Shown here one piece after another: positions 59,180 to 64,000 of a DNA stretch of 64,000 nt (position 1 is its first letter; each line of letters opens with the position of its first letter). The stretch lies in assembly GCA_965235115.1 (NCBI GenBank), contig OZ249451.1, positions 5,704,001 through 5,768,000 of the forward strand, in the 5' to 3' direction. The notes beneath the pieces are model-generated. The model was given only the letters and a program-made list of their open reading frames with translations, did no database searches and had not been told where the DNA came from. Source of the stretch: Laetmonice hystrix. Lineage: Eukaryota. The position numbers and the translations under genes are program-made.

Positions 59180-61345
59180 TGTTTGCAGCCACCTCGAGGT
59201 TCCAACTGCTGCTCGGTCAGGTACTGTAGAGATCTTGTTATTGCCATTATGTTTTTGTCGAATCTTTGATCTGATCTTTTGCTTCAGAAGTTCCTAGAAG
59301 CCGTGGATGCAGGGTGAGCAGAAGTGTTTGCAGCCACCTCGAGGTTCCGACTGCTGTATAATCAGGTACTGTAGAGATCTTTTGCTTCAGATGTTCCCAT
59401 GGATGCAGGGTGACCAGAAGTGTGTTTGCAGCCACCGTGGGCTTCCGACTACTGTTCAGTCAGGTACTTTAAAAGAGATCTTCTTATTGCCATTATGTTT
59501 TTGTCGATACTTTGATCTGATCTTTTGCTTCAGAAGTTCCTAGAAGTCGTGGATGCAGGGTGAGCAGAAGTGTTTGCAGCCACCTCGAGGTTCCGACTGC
59601 TGTTCAGTCAGGTACTGTGCATATCTTCTTATATTGCCATTATGTCTTTGTCGAACCTTTGGTCTGATCTTTTGCTTCAGAAGTTCCAAGATCTTATGGA
59701 TGCAGGGTGACCAGAAGTGTGTTTGCAGCCACCTTGAGGTTCCAACTGCTGTTCAGTCAGGTACTGTAGAGATCTTGTTATTGCCATGAGGTCTTTGTCG
59801 CACCTTTGATCTGATCTTTAGCTTCAGAAGATCTCTAGGATGCAGGGTGAGCAGAAGTGTGTTTGCAGCCACCTTGGCGTTCCAACTACTGTTCAGTCAG
59901 GTACTGTAGAGATCTTGTCATAGCCATTATGTTTTTGTCCATAGTTTGATCTGATCTTTTGCTTTAGATGTTCCAAGATCTCATGGATGCAGGGTGACCC
60001 GAAGTGTGTTTGCAGCCACCCTGAGGTTCCAACTGCTGTTCAGTCAGGTACTGTAGAGATCTTATTATTGCCATTATGTTTTTGTCAAACCTTTGATTTG
60101 ATCTTTTGCTTCAGAAGTTCCTAGATGACATAGATGCAGTGTGACCCAAAGTGTGTTTGCAGCCACCTTGACGTTCCAACTGCTGTTCAGTCAGGTACTG
60201 TAGAGATCTTGTTATTGCCATTAAGTTTTTGTGCATACACGTATTTTGATCTGATGTTTTGCTTCAGAAGTTCCAAGATCTCATGGATGCAGGGTGAGGA
60301 GAAGTGTTTGCAGCCACCTCGAGGTTCCGACTGCTGTTCCGTCAGGTACTGTGGATATCCTCTTATTGCCATTATGTCTTTGTCAAACCTTTGATCTGAT
60401 CTTTAGCTTCAGATGTTCCAAGATCTCATGGATGCAGGGTGACCAGAACTGTGTTTGCAGCCACCTCGAGGTTCCGACTGCTGTTCAGTAAAGTACTTTA
60501 GAGGTCTTCTTATTGTCATTACGTTTTAGTCGTTACTTTGATCTGAGCTTTTGCTTCAGAAGTTCCTAGAAGTCATGGATGCAGGGTGACCCGAAGTTTT
60601 TGCAGCCACCTTGAGGTTCCGACTGCTGTATAATCGGGTACTGTGGAGATCTTGTTATTGTCATTATCTTTTTGTCCATAGTTTGATCTGATCTTTTGCT
60701 TCAGAAGTTCCTATGGATGCAGGGTGACCAGAAGTGCGTTTGCAGCCACCGTGGGCTTCCGACTACTGTTCAGTCATGTACTTTAGAGATCTTCTTATTG
60801 CCATTATGTTTTTTGTCGATACTTTGATCTGATCTTTTGCTTCAGAAGTTCCTAGAAGTCGTGGATGCAGGGTGAGCAGAAGTGTTTGCAGCCACCTCGA
60901 GGTTCCAACTGCTGTTCAATCAGGTACTGTAGAGATCTTGTTATTGCCATTATGTTTTTGTCAAACCTTTGATCTGATCTTTTGCTTCAGAAGTTCCAAG
61001 ATCTTATGGATGCAGGGTGACTCGAAGTGTGTTTGCAGCCACCTTGACGTTCCAACTACTGTTCAGTCAGGTACTGTAGAGATCTTGTTATTGCCATTAA
61101 TTTTTTGTGCATATTTTGATCTGATCTTTTGCTTCAGATGTTCCCATGGATGCAGGGTGACCAGAACTGTGTTTGCAGCCACCTTGAGGTTCCGACTGCT
61201 GTTCAGTCAGGTACTGTAGAAATCTTGTTATTGCCATTATGTTTTTGTCAAACCTTTGATCTGATCTTTTGCTTCAGAAGTTCCTAGATGACATAGATGC
61301 AGTGTGACCAGAAGAGTTTGCAGTCACCGCTGCAAGTCAGGTACT
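59180..61345. repeat. About 147-bp satellite array, roughly 15 monomers
   Basis: The GGATGCAGGGTGA anchor recurs at 59698, 59838, 59985, ~60132, 60285, 60430, 60577, 60715, 60863, 61008 and 61148 (spacing 138-153 bp). Confidence 0.95.
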
Positions 61346-62109
61346 GTAGAGAAATTCTTGTTGCAATCATGTTTGTGGTAGCCTTGAGGTTGGCACCTGA
61401 GTTCAAGTATTATTATTTAATGTTCCAAGTTTGACATATAAAAATGTGAATCAGGGAAATTATGTTTTCTTAAGAAAAAGTACATTTCTAATGTTGGCTC
61501 TAAGTAATATTAACCCAATAGTAATAAGGATTTGATTTAACCCAAATCACATGGTGGTCTCGTGAAGACATGCTAGGACGTCATCTAGATCGACCGTTGC
61601 CAATATTTTGATATTATGATCTTTTTTGTAGCAGACTGTAGTTGATGGATTTAGCTTGAGCCGATATATCCTAACGTAGCCAGATACAGAGAAACTTTAC
61701 CGGATGTAGAGAAACTATACCGGATGTGGAGAAACTATACCGGATACGGAGAAACTTTGCCGGACATATGGATTCATTTTTTATTATAAGACAGTGATTA
61801 TTCGATTTCGATATAACGCCGTTCCCAAATTGTATGGGTCAATATCTGGGATTATGTTGTATCGGTTTATTGATGCTTATCAAATACATTACATTTTCCA
61901 TAGGTATCGTTTGGAATAAAAGAAAGTTCCAGAACACTAACATTATACATGGACAGGACAACCGATTTCTTCTGTGCTTATCTTAACCCCTGCAACTGTG
62001 AGACATCAGTAGGTGTCCAATAAAATCTATTTTCATCTGACGTATTTAGTGGTAATGACATTTTATGAAATCCATTTTTTTCCAATACATTGTGTACCAA
62101 GCATTCCTA

Positions 62110-62190
62110 CGTCTGCCGGTCCGGGACGCCAGACGTCGTCTGCCGGCCCGGGACGCCAGACGTCGTCTGCCGGCCCGGGACGCCAGACGT
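62110..62190. repeat. 27-bp tandem repeat, 3 copies
   Basis: GTCTGCCGG[T/C]CCGGGACGCCAGACGTC. Confidence 0.9.
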
Positions 62191-62846
62191 ACCTTACGTA
62201 ACAGCTACCTGTGCCGTAGCCTATATATATATCGGTATTGCACCTGACTCTTTGATGTTCCCGTATACCCTCCTTCCGCTGTATACCCTACATCAGCATA
62301 TAGTCCGCCCCATGACTCTAGGTGGCCGAGTAATGACCCCGACACTCGGACACACCCATTAATTGCACTTCTAACGACAACTGTTTTTTATTATCCGGGC
62401 GTTTACCTGCGTCCAAACGACGACCGCCTCCACTCCAGGGGCGGCCATTACGCTTTCATTACACACGTAGATTGAAAACGAATTCCAGACCCACATTTCA
62501 ATTACAAGGCCGTATGTTCTCCAATTAATATTCATTACTGACGTGTAGATGGTGTACCACTAGAGGTCACCTTCTCGCGTGACCTTCTCCACGGTCGTTT
62601 GAAGACGGTGGATCTAAGACCTGTCGGGATATTAACACCATTGTGACCCGCAGTTGAATATAATCGATTCAATCTGATTAAAAATAGTCTTATCATGTTT
62701 GAATATTGTGGGATCATCTAAGGGAATTACTGATTCGAATTAAATGTTGAATTTTCCAATATTCCAATTGCATTCACAATCACAAAGGGGGCTATATGAT
62801 GGCAAATGTTTAGCCATAATGCGGATTTTGTATCTGGGATGGGTAA

Positions 62847-63057
62847 AGTGCTGAACCCACCAAGGCGATTCCCCTTGCGACGGCCATGCGGTTTTTGATT
62901 TAATGGTGGAATTTCACTCTGAAATTTTTCCTGGCTGGCCTTCTCCGTTTCAGGAAATGGGTTCCATCCTATAATCTCAAAATTACAGTAAAATAAAAGG
63001 GTGATGTCAAAATCGCATGGGCGTCGCAAGGGGAATCGCCTTGGTGGGTTCAGCACT
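62847..63057. mobile_element. MITE, PIF/Harbinger-like
   Basis: About 40-bp TIRs AGTGCTGAACCCACCAAGGCGATTCCCCTTGCGACG with a TAA TSD. The TIR start resembles the 2455 element. Confidence 0.8.
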
Positions 63058-64000
63058 TAAGTTTCATACCGATAGCTACAGGATTCCTCATTTGCTGCCT
63101 GCGTTGAAAGCTTATGCTCTAGTTTTTCCAACGTTTACATGGTTTCGTTAATGAGCTAGGTTAAATGTTACCATTTCGTGTGGCTTCAGCCAGACCTTTG
63201 GCCTTGCCGCTGCTCCAAGCATTGGTTGTGTGTATATCGTATAACTCATTTACCCGTTTAGTCACCTCAGTCAGTGACCACCCTCATCAGCTCCTGGTAT
63301 CTGATTGTGATCTCTCAACACTAGGCCTGGTCGTCTCCGGCCAGAGAGAACGGAGAGAGAGATAGTTGAGAGAAGGGGTGACGGGGTGGGTGAGAGGATG
63401 GTGGTGACTTGTGCTTGGTTTGCCGGTCCTGACGATGCGGTCTCCCGGCCTGCGGTGGCGGGCCACTCCCCCCCCCCCCACCCCCGCCCACACCCTGAGG
63501 GCCCACACCGAGTAAAAGGTCGGCCTCTGGCGTCCACCTTGCCCTCTCATTAACCCACTCCTCCCATTCTTCCTCGCCCGAACCCACTTTACCCACCTGC
63601 CTGTGTAATACAAGCAGCCTGATCCCTCTAATGAAAGCCCAACAATCCGCCCTCTCCTATTGAAACATCTTACAGCTTCTCATGAATGGCCAGCCATCCA
63701 TTGTGAGCACCGACTTCACAGTGACCTCTGGTGGTCGTTTGAAGACACCAGGGGTGAGGACATTGTCATACAGTGACCCCTCACTCAATGTATTGATGTC
63801 ATATCGTGTCAGGCTAGGCGGTGAGTGGACACCACGGGGGTAAGAGTTGTATCTACGAGTGATGGTCTAACCTGGGAATTACCTGTGTCTTATTATCATA
63901 CATTCACTCATTGATACATGATATCGTATCATACTCATTGATACATGAAATCGTCCAGGATAATGAGTGGTATCTACCCCAAAGTGTAGATCATACTACA

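Noticed and set aside
63676-63753. 78-nt AG/GT-bounded open segment as possible exon 2 of the 59084 gene
   Set aside because: The peptide is unrecognisable and part of the sequence is shared with a repeat-like motif at ~62590. Insufficient support.

Overview
Eukaryotic, intron-rich and repeat-rich invertebrate genomic DNA. It is probably lophotrochozoan, an inference from the H2B N-terminus, the C-terminally extended MyD88 and the FMRFamide-receptor-like GPCR. Supported genes: a single-exon class A peptide GPCR (+, 7448-8584); an intronless AP-1 mu adaptin (-, 32838-34106, probable retrogene); a 5-coding-exon MyD88-like gene (-, 36373-38905); a 15-coding-exon NOG1/GTPBP4 (-, 42776-53726); and a possible first coding exon of another gene (+, 59084-59153). 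The most striking structure lies in the 5.9-kb first intron of NOG1, on the same strand. It is an intact 7-exon PHD-FLYWCH-FLYWCH-MULE (Mutator) transposase gene with the DDE triad present, its own AATAAA, an in-frame chimeric exon made by a tandem duplication, and a splice acceptor in frame with NOG1 exon 1. The rest of the window holds many tandem arrays (11, 18, 27, 30, 37, 50, 52, 59, 68 and ~147 bp units), MITEs with TTAA, TWA, 5-bp and 9-bp TSDs, and relics of Tc1, RTE, Tx1-like and Ginger2/KRBA2-like elements. It also holds a histone H2B 5' fragment with its bidirectional promoter inside a satellite array, and a tRNA-His pseudogene carrying two TA-N-TA insertions. All exon boundaries were read by eye from GT/AG sites and reading frame. 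No database searches were run.
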